Assembly: GCA_963782515.1 (NCBI GenBank)
Contig: CAWAJY010000006.1
Span: 349,988 to 413,987 of the forward strand
Direction: 5' to 3'
Origin: an uncultured Actinomycetes bacterium
Lineage (GTDB): Bacteria > Actinomycetota > Thermoleophilia > Solirubrobacterales > 70-9
Length of the DNA stretch: 64,000 nucleotides
Positions within the stretch are counted from its first letter, which is position 1. The number at the start of each line of letters is the position of its first letter. Positions 55,788 to 64,000 of this stretch are shown piece after piece. Both the position numbers and the translations under genes were made by a program. The notes under the pieces were generated by a model. It worked only from the letters and a program-made list of their open reading frames with translations. It was not told where the DNA came from and searched no databases.

Positions 55788-57451
55788 TCAGTCGAAGTCT
55801 CCCGCGCTCAGCTGGTCGCGCAGCTCCGACCGGCGGATCTTGCCGCTGATCGTCTTCGGCAGCGCGTCGACGAAATGGATCTCGCGGGGGTACTTGTAAG
55901 GCGCCGTGAGGCTCTTGGCGAAGTCCTGCAGCTCCTTGGCGAGCGCGGCGTCGCCCTCGCGGCCGGCGGCGAGGATGACGAAGGCGCAGACGATCTGGGT
56001 GCGCTCCGGGTCGTCCTTGCCGACCACCGCCGCCTCGACCACTGCCTCGTGCTCGACCAGCGCCGACTCGACCTCGAAGGGGCCGATCCGGTAGGCGGAG
56101 GAGGTGATGACGTCGTCGTCGCGCCCCTCGAACCAGAGGTAGCCGTCGCCGTCGCGCCAGGCTTTGTCGCCGCTGTAGTAGAGGCCGTTGCGGAAGGACT
56201 TCGCGTTGGCGTCGTCGTCCCCCACGTATTCGTCGAAGAGCCCGACCGGGCGGGCGCCGTCGAGGCGGACCGCGATGTTGCCGACCACGTCGTCCTCGCA
56301 GCGGGCCCCCTCGTCGTCGAACACGTCGACGTCCCAGCCCGGCACCGGCTTCCCCATCGACCCGGGCCGCACCGGCAGGCAGCGGTAGTTGGCGACCATC
56401 GCCACCGTCTCGGACTGGCCGTACCCGTCGTAGACGGCCAGCCCCCGGTGCCGTCCGCCCAGGCGCGGATCACCTCCGGGTTGAGCGGCTCCCCGGCGCT
56501 GGTGCAGTGCCGAAGCTTCGAGAGGTCGTGCTTGGAGAAGTCCCCCTGGACGAGCAGGCGGTAGAGGGTCGGCGGGGCGCAGAACGAGGATACCTCCGCG
56601 CGCGACACGATCGAGAGGACCGAGTCGGCGTCGGGCTTCCCCAGCGCCACCTGGACGACGGTCGCGCGCTCGTGGAACTGGCCGAAGAGCCCTCCCCAGG
56701 CCGCCTTCGCCCAGCCGGTGTCCGACACCGTCCAGTGCCGGTCGCCCGGGCGCAGGTCGTGCCAGAAGCGCGCCGTCGTCACGTGGCCGAGCCCGTAGGA
56801 GCAGGGCTGCCGGACCATCTTCGGGTAGCTGACCGTGCCGCTGGTGAAGAAGACGACCATCGGGTCGGTGGCGAGCGTCGGCTCGGCGGGCGTCTCGCCG
56901 TCGCCGGCGGCGTCGAGCAGCGCGTCGAGGTCCTCCCAGCCGTCTCCCCCACCGCCCCAGGCGATCTTCAGGCGCAGGCTGTCGAGGGGCGCGGGGGCCG
57001 CGTCGAGCCGCTCCGCCCCGCCGGCGTCGGTGATCGCCGCGACCGCGCCCGAGGCGCCGATCCGGTAGCCGATGTCACGCGGGGTCAGCATGTTCGGCCC
57101 CGGCAGGACCACCGCGCCGATCCGGATCGCGCCGAGCATCGCCGTGTACCAGGCCGGGACGCGCGGCAGCATGATGAAGACGCGGTCGCCCTTGCCGATC
57201 CCGGCGTCGAGGAGCGCCCGCGCCGCGCGCCGCGATTCCCGCGCCAGGTCGGCGCTGGTCTGTTCGGCGACCACGCCCCCCTGCCCGTCGAGCGAGACGA
57301 GCGCGATGTCGTCCGGCGCCTCGGCCGCCCAGCGCTCGACGATGTCGATGACCGGGCTGAAGACCTCCGGGACCTCCAGCCGGAACCCGGCTTTCTCGGC
57401 GTCGTAGTCGCGCATCCGCGGCTCGGCGGAGCGATTCGGCAATGCACTCAT
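55788..57451 (-). pseudogene. medium-chain acyl-CoA synthetase (AMP-binding), interrupted by a 1-nt frameshift near 56440-56447
   Basis: The N-terminal ~335 codons (ORF 55808..57451: FFTSGTVSYPKMV...EVIRAWADGTG) continue in another frame as ORF 55788..56405. The junction peptide (LAVYDGYGQSETVAMVANYR) and the rest, through PYKYPREIHFVDALPKTISGKIRR, are read there. The junction lies at a C5/G5 run at 56442-56446. Confidence 0.75.
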
Positions 57452-57502
57452 CTCAGTCCTTCCTCCTCTTCCGCACGCTGTTCCCTCAGCGCCCTTTCCC
57501 CG

Positions 57503-58666
57503 CTACCCGGCCATCGCGCGGCTGATCACGACGCGCTGGATCTCCTGCGTGCCCTCGTAGATCTGGGTGATCTTGGCGTCGCGCATCATCCGCTCGACCG
57601 GGTACTCGTTGACGTAGCCGTAGCCGCCGAGGACCTGGACCGCCTCGACCGTCACCCGCATCGCGTTGTCGCCGCAGATCAGCTTCGCCATCGAGGTGTA
57701 CTTGGCGAGGTCGGCCGGGCGCGGGGAGCGGTCGGACATCGCGCAGGCTTTGTAGAGGAGCTCGCGGGCGGCGGCGGTGCCCGCCTCCATGTCGGCGAGC
57801 TTGAACTGGATTCCCTGCAGGGCGTTGATCGGCTTGCCGAACGCGATCCGCTCTTTGGCGTACTCGTTGGCGAAGTCGGTCGCGCCCTGGGCGATGCCGA
57901 CGGCCTGGGCGGCGGCGCCGAGGCGGGTGCGCTCCAGCGTGCCGAGGGCGATGTTCAGGCCCTTGCCGATCTCGCCGATCACGTTCTCCTCCGGCACCCG
58001 CACGTCGGTGAAGGACGGCGAGCCGGTCGGCGAGCCCTTGATCCCGAGCTTGTGCTCGAGCGCGCCGGGGTCGAAGCCCTCCCGGTCCTTCTCCACCACG
58101 AAGGCCGAGGTGCGCCGGTTCTCGCGGTCGGTGGAGGCGAAGACGCAGTAGAAGTCGGCCTGCCCGGCGTTGGTGATCCAGGCCTTCTGGCCGTTGATCA
58201 CCCACTCGTCGCCGTCCTTGACCGCGGTGGTGCGCATCGCGGCCGGGTCGGAGCCCGCCTCGGGCTCCGACAGCGCAAAGGCCGGCGACCACTCGCCGGT
58301 CGCGCATTTCGGCAGGAAGCGCCCTTTCAGCTCGTCGGAGCCGAAGAGCTGGATCGGCAGCGTGCCGAGCTCCTGGATCATCAGGATCAGGGCGCTCGAG
58401 GCGCACGCCTTGGCGATCTCCTCGACCCCGATCTGCAGCATCAGCGTCCCGGTCCCGGTCCCGCCGTACTGCTCGTCGAACGGCAGCCCGAGGATGTCCT
58501 GCTCGCCGAGGATCTTGCGGATGTCGTGCGGGTATTCGGCGTTGCGGTCGATGTCCGCGGCCCGCGGGGCGATCTTCTCGGTCGCGATCTGGCGGATCGT
58601 TTCGCGGAAGTCGACCATCTCCTGCGGGATGTCGTAGAGCCCCGTTCCCACCTCGACGTCACTCAT
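57503..58666 (-). CDS. acyl-CoA dehydrogenase
   Basis: 387 aa with a GAGGGGGA RBS. FALSEPEAGSDP and QIYEGTQEIQR motifs. Confidence 0.85.
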   Translation of the reverse strand: MSDVEVGTGLYDIPQEMVDFRETIRQIATEKIAPRAADIDRNAEYPHDIRKILGEQDILGLPFDEQYGGTGTGTLMLQIGVEEIAKACASSALILMIQELGTLPIQLFGSDELKGRFLPKCATGEWSPAFALSEPEAGSDPAAMRTTAVKDGDEWVINGQKAWITNAGQADFYCVFASTDRENRRTSAFVVEKDREGFDPGALEHKLGIKGSPTGSPSFTDVRVPEENVIGEIGKGLNIALGTLERTRLGAAAQAVGIAQGATDFANEYAKERIAFGKPINALQGIQFKLADMEAGTAAARELLYKACAMSDRSPRPADLAKYTSMAKLICGDNAMRVTVEAVQVLGGYGYVNEYPVERMMRDAKITQIYEGTQEIQRVVISRAMAG

Positions 58667-58743
58667 GCTGCGTCCCCCTCTTTCGGCCGCTCCTGCGGCT
58701 GTGTTCGATCTGCGGTCCTCAGATAGTAGGAGTACCGCGCATC

Positions 58744-59613
58744 TCAGGCGCGGCGGGGGAACTTGCCGAAGTCGGGACGGCGCTTCTCCTTGTAGGCCTC
58801 GCGGCCCTCCTTCGCCTCCTCGTTGCCGTAGAAAAGGAGGTTGGTGTCGTGGGCGAGCTGTTGGATGCCGGCGTAGCCGTCCTCGTGGGCGTTGAAGCTG
58901 GCCTTGACGAGGCGCAGCGCGAAGGGCGAGAGCGCCAGCATCTCCCGGCACCAGCCCACCGTCTCCACCTCCAGGTCGGCGAGCGGGACGACGGTGTTGA
59001 CGAGGCCCATCGCCTCCGCCTGCGCGGCGTCGTACTGGCGACAGAGCATCCAGAACTCCTTCGCCTTCTTCGGGCCGACCAGGTCGCGCAGCAGCGAGGC
59101 GCCGAAGCCGCCGTCCCAGGAGCCGACCCGCGGGCCGGTCTGGCCGAAGCGGGCGTTGTCGGCGGCGATCGTCATGTCGCAGCAGACGTGCAGCACGTGC
59201 CCGCCGCCGACCGCGTACCCGGCGACCATCGCGATGATCGGCTTCGGCAGGCGGCGCATCTGCACCTGCAGGTCGGTGACGTGGAAGCGGCCGACGCCGC
59301 CTTCCTCCGACATGTAGCCGGTGTCGCCGCGGACGCTCTGGTCGCCGCCGGAGCAGAAGGCCAGGTCGCCTTGCCCGGTGAGGACGATGACCCCGACCTC
59401 GGGGTCCTCACGGGCGACCTCGAGGGCGCGCGCGATCTCCATGATCGTCTGCGGGCGGAACGCGTTGCGGACCTGCGGGCGGGCGATCGTGACCTTCGCG
59501 ATCCCCTCCGCCGTCTCGTAGCGGATGTCCTCGTAGTCGCCGGGGCCGGCGATCCACTCGGCCCCGGGACGCTGCACCGTCGCGGCCGGGTCCGGCTTCG
59601 GCTCGGGGGTCAT
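58744..59613 (-). CDS. menB: 1,4-dihydroxy-2-naphthoyl-CoA synthase
   Basis: GGAGGAA RBS. Near-continuous similarity to E. coli MenB as I recall it ([62 protein letters not shown]). Confidence 0.85.
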   Translation of the reverse strand: MTPEPKPDPAATVQRPGAEWIAGPGDYEDIRYETAEGIAKVTIARPQVRNAFRPQTIMEIARALEVAREDPEVGVIVLTGQGDLAFCSGGDQSVRGDTGYMSEEGGVGRFHVTDLQVQMRRLPKPIIAMVAGYAVGGGHVLHVCCDMTIAADNARFGQTGPRVGSWDGGFGASLLRDLVGPKKAKEFWMLCRQYDAAQAEAMGLVNTVVPLADLEVETVGWCREMLALSPFALRLVKASFNAHEDGYAGIQQLAHDTNLLFYGNEEAKEGREAYKEKRRPDFGKFPRRA

Positions 59614-60050
59614 CAGGGTTCCTCCGGGGTCAGCTTCAACGTGCCGGTGTTGGTCGTCGCGACCGTCCACTCGATCTCGTAGACGGCGACGTCGGGCTGC
59701 ATCTGGTTCAGCGGCCCGGTGACGATCACCCTCCCGGTCCCCTTGCGCGGGCCGGTCGCCTTGATCGACACCTTGATCGCCGAGGCGCTCCAGTCGGAGA
59801 CCTTGCCCTTCAGGCTCACGCTCCGCTTCGCGAAGGGCAGCTTGCCCGGGACCAGGGTCACGGTGAGGCGGTTGTCCTTCACCGCGGCGCGGACGCTGAC
59901 CTTGGTGACCACGGTGCCGTTGACCGGGACCGAGTTCGAGGTGACCGGCTTCGGCGGGGCGCTGGCAACGGCGGCGGTGGCGGTGGCGCCCAGGCTGGCG
60001 ACGAGCAGCACGACGGCGACGATGGCAAGGACGTTTCTTCTGGTTCTCAA
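59613..60050 (-). CDS. secreted beta-rich hypothetical protein
   Basis: 145 aa with a signal peptide ([29 protein letters not shown]). TGATG overlap with the menB start. Confidence 0.5.
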   Translation of the reverse strand: MRTRRNVLAIVAVVLLVASLGATATAAVASAPPKPVTSNSVPVNGTVVTKVSVRAAVKDNRLTVTLVPGKLPFAKRSVSLKGKVSDWSASAIKVSIKATGPRKGTGRVIVTGPLNQMQPDVAVYEIEWTVATTNTGTLKLTPEEP

Positions 60051-60122
60051 AGGTTTCCTCCGGAGGCTGGGGGCTGCGAGGTTATCGAGCGGCGAGCGGC
60101 ATCCGGGACGCCCCGGCGCGCC

Positions 60123-60635
60123 TCAGGCGGCGAAGTCGCCGGCCCCCGCGCGCAGCGTGCGCAGGGTCGCGAAGAGGTCGTCGAGCTGCCCGGTGGCGAG
60201 CGGCTCGGTGCCGAAGCTGGCCTCGTTCAGGACGGTCGTCGCGGCCTCCGCCGACTCCCGGCCGGCCGCGGTGATCTCGGCGAGGACGGCGCGGCGGTCG
60301 GACTGGTGCGGGGCGCGGCGGACCAGCCCCGCCTTCTCGAGGCCGTCGAGCGAGTTCGTGATGCTGGTGCGGTGGACCTGGAGGCGCTCGCCGACCTTGC
60401 CGACCGACATCGAGCCCTGGCCGCTGAAGTGGAGCAGCATCAGGACCTCGTAGCGGGGGAACGTGAGGGCGAACGGCTCGAGCAGCTCGTTCAGCCGCGC
60501 CATCAGGATCTGGTGGACCCGCATGATCGAGGTGACCGCGACCATCGACGGCGCCGCCGCGCCCGGCCAGCGCTCGCTCCAGTGGCGACGGGCCTCCTCG
60601 ATCGGGTCGAAGGGGAGCTGTCCTTGCTCGGGCAC
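60123..60635 (-). CDS. MarR family transcriptional regulator
   Basis: 170 aa. Winged-helix region (MSVGKVGERLQVHRTSITNSLDGLEKAGLVRR). Confidence 0.8.
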   Translation of the reverse strand: MPEQGQLPFDPIEEARRHWSERWPGAAAPSMVAVTSIMRVHQILMARLNELLEPFALTFPRYEVLMLLHFSGQGSMSVGKVGERLQVHRTSITNSLDGLEKAGLVRRAPHQSDRRAVLAEITAAGRESAEAATTVLNEASFGTEPLATGQLDDLFATLRTLRAGAGDFAA

Positions 60636-60664
60636 GGCGGGCAGTCTTCCATGCGGCCGGTGGA

Positions 60665-61585
60665 TCAGGGCAGGACGGCGGCGAGGGCGGCGACCGCCGC
60701 CGCGGCGACCTTGTGCCGCCGCTCTTCCTTCACCACCTGCGCGCGGCGCACCGCGATCCGGTCGACGAGCTTGAAGTGGACGGCTTCGGCGATCGGCTGG
60801 GAGCCCGGTTCCGGTTCGGAACCGACGGCGCTCGCCTGGGCGGGCGCTTCCCCGGCCGGTTCGAAGGCTTCGCTCGGGGCGCTCAGTTCACCTTCGGCTT
60901 CGCCGTTGGTGCCTTCGTCGCCGGGAGGGATCGCGCCCTCGTTGGCGCCACTGGCGACCGGCGCGTTCGGTTCACCCGCCAGGCAGCGGTCGATCCCCGC
61001 GGCGATCAGCCGCGCCCGCGCTTCGGAGCCCGCTTCGATCGGATGCAGGTTGTCGGACTGCATCAGCTGCGGGTGGGTGTGGACGAAGCCCGCCCAGTCC
61101 GGCGTCTGGGTGCCGGGACGCGAGGCGGCGAATTCGGCCACCACCCGGTTCTTCCCCGCGTTGTCGACGCCGTTGACGGTGAAGCCGTGGATCGTCGGCA
61201 CGACCAGGCACCGACGGCCGACCGTCTGGGCGACCTTCTGCAGGTTTTCCGCCAAGATCTGGGGATATTCGGGGTTGTCGTTGGTCCCCGCGTCGAACAC
61301 GATCACGGAATCGGAAGGTTCGTAGCTTTCTTGGAACAGGTCGAAGATCTGGAAACTGTTGGAGCCGCCGACCGCGTTGACGGTGATCGGCACGCCGGGG
61401 AGAAGGTGCTGCAGGTAGGGAGCGGTCAGTTCCTCGAGGCTGTCGCCGACGACCAGGACGCGGCCGGAGCCTTCGGCCGCGCGGGCGCCGGGCGCGCCGG
61501 CGCCAACGGCGAGCAGGACGGCGAGGAGCGAGATCGCCGCCACGAAGGCGCGCCGCGCCGAGTGGTTTCCCCTGCGTTTCGGCAT
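60665..61585 (-). CDS. secreted SGNH/GDSL hydrolase with low-complexity acidic C-terminal region
   Basis: Signal peptide. VVGDS block I, GGSN, GTND and DNLHP blocks. Confidence 0.7.
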   Translation of the reverse strand: MPKRRGNHSARRAFVAAISLLAVLLAVGAGAPGARAAEGSGRVLVVGDSLEELTAPYLQHLLPGVPITVNAVGGSNSFQIFDLFQESYEPSDSVIVFDAGTNDNPEYPQILAENLQKVAQTVGRRCLVVPTIHGFTVNGVDNAGKNRVVAEFAASRPGTQTPDWAGFVHTHPQLMQSDNLHPIEAGSEARARLIAAGIDRCLAGEPNAPVASGANEGAIPPGDEGTNGEAEGELSAPSEAFEPAGEAPAQASAVGSEPEPGSQPIAEAVHFKLVDRIAVRRAQVVKEERRHKVAAAAVAALAAVLP

Positions 61586-61594
61586 CGTCGGGCT

Positions 61595-62089
61595 TTGTAC
61601 CGCACCGGGCTGCTGCCGGCAGCGATCGTCACGCTTTTGGCGCTCGCATCGTGCGGGGGCGGCGGCTCCGGCACCCCGTCGACGAGCGCCGCCGAACGGA
61701 CGGTCGAATCCCAGGAATCGCAGCCGGTCGTCAGCAATGCCCCGAAAAGCGAAAGCGCGGACGCCTGCCAGGCCCGCCTCGGCAACTTCCTCGCTCGCAT
61801 GAACGACCTCCGCCAGTCCCTCCTCGCCGGCCTCAGCTACGACGAATACGTGGTCCGGCTACGGGCGATCCGCGACGCCTACGAGGCGGTCCCGGTCGAC
61901 AAGCTCGGCGCCGGCTGCGTCACCGGCCCGGCGGCGGCGGCCGAGGACGCCTTCAACCAGTACCTCCGCGCCGCCAACGCCTGGGGCGAATGCGCCGCCA
62001 CCGCGGGCTGCGCCGCGAGCGAGGTCGAAGGCAAGCTGCAGCATCGCTGGAAGCTCGCTTCCAAGAGCCTCCACTCCGCCGAGACCTGA
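61595..62089 (+). CDS. Cys-rich lipoprotein, unknown function
   Basis: Tail of ORF 60713..62089. TTG 61595 would give MYRTGLLPAAIVTLLALASCGGGG (lipobox). The start is very uncertain, only 9 nt from the divergent GDSL start. Confidence 0.4.
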   Translation: MYRTGLLPAAIVTLLALASCGGGGSGTPSTSAAERTVESQESQPVVSNAPKSESADACQARLGNFLARMNDLRQSLLAGLSYDEYVVRLRAIRDAYEAVPVDKLGAGCVTGPAAAAEDAFNQYLRAANAWGECAATAGCAASEVEGKLQHRWKLASKSLHSAET

Positions 62090-62119
62090 GGCGATCTGGG
62101 GCGCCTCGCCGAGATCGCC

Positions 62120-62749
62120 TCAGGGGCGGGGCGGGCCGATCACGGTGTTGACGATCTGGTCGGCGTAGGCCTCGGCGATCTTCTCCGCCGGGTCGGGACC
62201 GCGCCGCCGGTACCAGTCGGGCAGCCCGTTCAGGGCGCCGAAGATGAAATAGGTGGCGAAGCTGACGTCGAGGTCCGGCGGCGTTTCCCCCGCCTCCTTC
62301 ACCTCGCCGATCAGCCCCGCCAGGCGGCGCTCGTAGGTTTCGCGGATCTCCACCACCTCTTTGCGCCGTTTGCCGGTGAGGTGCTTCCACTCGGTCGCGT
62401 AGATCGCCACCCGCTCGATGTTCTTCATGTACCAGAGCGAGCAGTTGCGGCCGAAGCTGCGCAGCCGCTCGACCGGACGCTCGTCGAGGCCGCACGCCTC
62501 GTCCAGCATCTCCGTGAAGTGGCCCGCCGAGTCCTCGAAGATCCGCGCCAGCAGGTCTTCCTTGGAGTCGATGTAGTGGTAGAGGCTGCCCTTGAGGACG
62601 CCGACCTCTTCGGCGACGTCCTGGATCGACGCCGACGCGTACCCCTTCTTCTGGAAGACACGGATCGCCGCCTCGAGCACCTCCTGACGACGGTTCCGCC
62701 GCTGCCGGTTGCTCACATCGCGCACCTCGGCCGTCGTCACCACCTCCAC
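62120..62749 (-). CDS. TetR family transcriptional regulator
   Basis: 209 aa. HTH region QEVLEAAIRVFQKKGYASASIQDVAEEVGVLKGSLYHYIDSKE. Confidence 0.85.
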   Translation of the reverse strand: MEVVTTAEVRDVSNRQRRNRRQEVLEAAIRVFQKKGYASASIQDVAEEVGVLKGSLYHYIDSKEDLLARIFEDSAGHFTEMLDEACGLDERPVERLRSFGRNCSLWYMKNIERVAIYATEWKHLTGKRRKEVVEIRETYERRLAGLIGEVKEAGETPPDLDVSFATYFIFGALNGLPDWYRRRGPDPAEKIAEAYADQIVNTVIGPPRP

Positions 62750-62813
62750 ACTGGCGTAAAAGTCCTCAAACGGACGGGGACTTTATAGGTACGGGTATGG
62801 ACGCGTGGTGCCG

Positions 62814-63518
62814 CTATGGGGCGACGCTGCGCCCGCCGCAGGCGAAGAGCACCTGGCCGGTGATGTAGGCGGCCTCCGACGAGGCAAGGAAGGCGACGAT
62901 CCCGGCGACGTCGTCGGGGCTCCCGATCCGCCCGGCGGGGATCCGCGCGACCATCTTCTCCAGCACCTCCGGCGGCATCGCCTGGGTCATCGGCGTGTCG
63001 ACCAGGCTCGGGGCGAGCGCATTGACCCGCACCCGCGGCGCCCAGCGCTGGGCGAGCGCCCGGCTGAAGCCGACCAGGCCGGACTTCGAGGCGCTGTAGT
63101 TGGCCTGGCCGAAGTTGCCGAGCGAGGCGCGCGAGCTCATGTTGATCACCGCGGCGCCATCGCGATAGCGCGGCTCGAGCGTCAGCGTCAGCCGCATCGC
63201 GGCCACGAGGTTGATCTCGATCACCGCCGCGAAGGCCGCCTCCTCCATCTTGGTGGCGCGCGCGTCCCGGGTGATGCCCGCGTTGTTGACCAGCACCGCG
63301 ACGTCGGCGCCCGCCGCCGCGAGGACCGCCCCGACGCCCTCGGCCTCGGTCAGGTCGGCGACCACCGAGCGCGCGCCCGCGGCCGCGGCGACCTCCTCAA
63401 CGGCCGGGTCGAGGTCGACCAGGAGCAGCTCGTGGCCCGCGGCGGCGAGCCGCTCGCCGATCCGCCCGCCGAGCCCGCCCGCGGCCCCGGTGACGATCGC
63501 CGTCCCGCCGCCGCTCAT
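62814..63518 (-). CDS. SDR family oxidoreductase (FabG-like)
   Basis: 234 aa. AIVTGAAGGLG and YSASK motifs. Confidence 0.8.
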   Translation of the reverse strand: MSGGGTAIVTGAAGGLGGRIGERLAAAGHELLLVDLDPAVEEVAAAAGARSVVADLTEAEGVGAVLAAAGADVAVLVNNAGITRDARATKMEEAAFAAVIEINLVAAMRLTLTLEPRYRDGAAVINMSSRASLGNFGQANYSASKSGLVGFSRALAQRWAPRVRVNALAPSLVDTPMTQAMPPEVLEKMVARIPAGRIGSPDDVAGIVAFLASSEAAYITGQVLFACGGRSVAP

Positions 63519-63561
63519 CCGACCACTCCGGCCGCGGCTTCCGCGCCGCCCGCCCCGCCGC

Positions 63562-63969
63562 TCACGGCACCACTTTCCCGAGGTTCGCGCCGCCGACCTG
63601 CAGCAGCTGTCCGGTGAGCGAGGACCCGGCCAACATCGCCACGGTCTCCTCGACCACCGCCTCGTCGCCCTCGCCCCCGGCGACGACGTCGATGCTCCAA
63701 CCCGGCTTGACCCCCTCGATCCCGAGCGTCCGCACCATCCCCAAAAGTCCCGTGGCGATCGCCGCGTCGAGCGGCGAGCCCTGCCCGAGCAGATCGCCCG
63801 CCGCGACGACGACCGCGACCGGCCGCCCCGCCCCCAGCGCCTCTCGCGCCGCGACGAACGCCCCGGTCAGCGCCGGCGTCACCGCGTCGAGATCGTCCCC
63901 GACCGTCCCCGGCCGCAGCACCATGATGTCGCCCCCCGCGCTCACGGCGCCGAGACTACTTGCGAGCAC
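63562..63969 (-). CDS. short SDR-like C-terminal-half protein (no Rossmann motif)
   Basis: Resembles only the distal half of an SDR (...MLAGSSLTGQLLQVGG). Possible starts are GTG 63969, GTG 63945 or ATG 63924. The longest start abuts the upstream terminator. Confidence 0.35.
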   Translation of the reverse strand: MLASSLGAVSAGGDIMVLRPGTVGDDLDAVTPALTGAFVAAREALGAGRPVAVVVAAGDLLGQGSPLDAAIATGLLGMVRTLGIEGVKPGWSIDVVAGGEGDEAVVEETVAMLAGSSLTGQLLQVGGANLGKVVP

Positions 63970-64000
63970 AAAAAAGAGGGCCGCCCCGACGGACGGCCCT
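63970..64000 (-). terminator. rho-independent terminator of the gene beyond the right window edge
   Basis: The minus strand reads agggccg-tccgtcggg-cggccct followed by CTTTTTTG. Truncated by the window end. Confidence 0.5.

Noticed and set aside
55788-60635. A cyclohexanecarboxylate-type (aliA-aliB-badI with MarR BadR-like) ring-cleavage module, suggested by the order ligase - ACAD - MenB-like crotonase - MarR.
   Set aside because: The crotonase matches genuine MenB nearly motif for motif, including the C-terminal RPDF.KF. It does not look like the more divergent BadI type, so the analogy is not supported.

Overview
High-GC (roughly 70%) Actinomycetota-type chromosomal segment with about 60 protein genes. 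I saw no rRNA, tRNA or CRISPR array.

Gene content, left to right:
- A small module of one apparently frameshifted gene plus two tandem nucleotidyltransferase-fold genes, joined by ATGA overlaps.
- A divergent oxidative pentose-phosphate unit (pgl-gnd / zwf).
- An efeU-efeB-efeO iron uptake operon.
- recQ, an MBL-fold hydrolase, a PQQ-type beta-propeller protein and a GH26-like hydrolase.
- An aldo/keto reductase and three DHA2-type MFS transporters.
- From about 25 kb to the end, a dense acyl-CoA/redox catabolic island:
  - family III CoA-transferases, acyl-CoA dehydrogenases, two APH-like kinases, about 8 SDRs and 3 luciferase-like monooxygenases;
  - crotonases including a true menB, a thiolase, acyl-CoA ligases and a Liv-type ABC importer with a LivH-LivM-LivG fusion;
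  - PucR/MarR/TetR regulators.

The feature that gene annotation does not explain is a family of modular, hairpin-dense repeats. They occupy eight intergenic loci, about 3.6 kb or 5.6% of the window.
- They have GGGACGG-type inverted termini.
- Two long terminal hairpins (M2 and M4) carry the same 12-nt apical loop in opposite orientation.
- Internal hairpins keep their pairing while their sequence changes between copies.
- Two hairpins have flipped loops.
- Remnants reach into gene 3' ends.

I cannot match this family to a named element from memory. It is my top candidate for something undescribed: a MITE/REPIN-like mobile element, a large structured RNA, or both.

All protein calls rest on motif recognition by eye. 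No database search was run.
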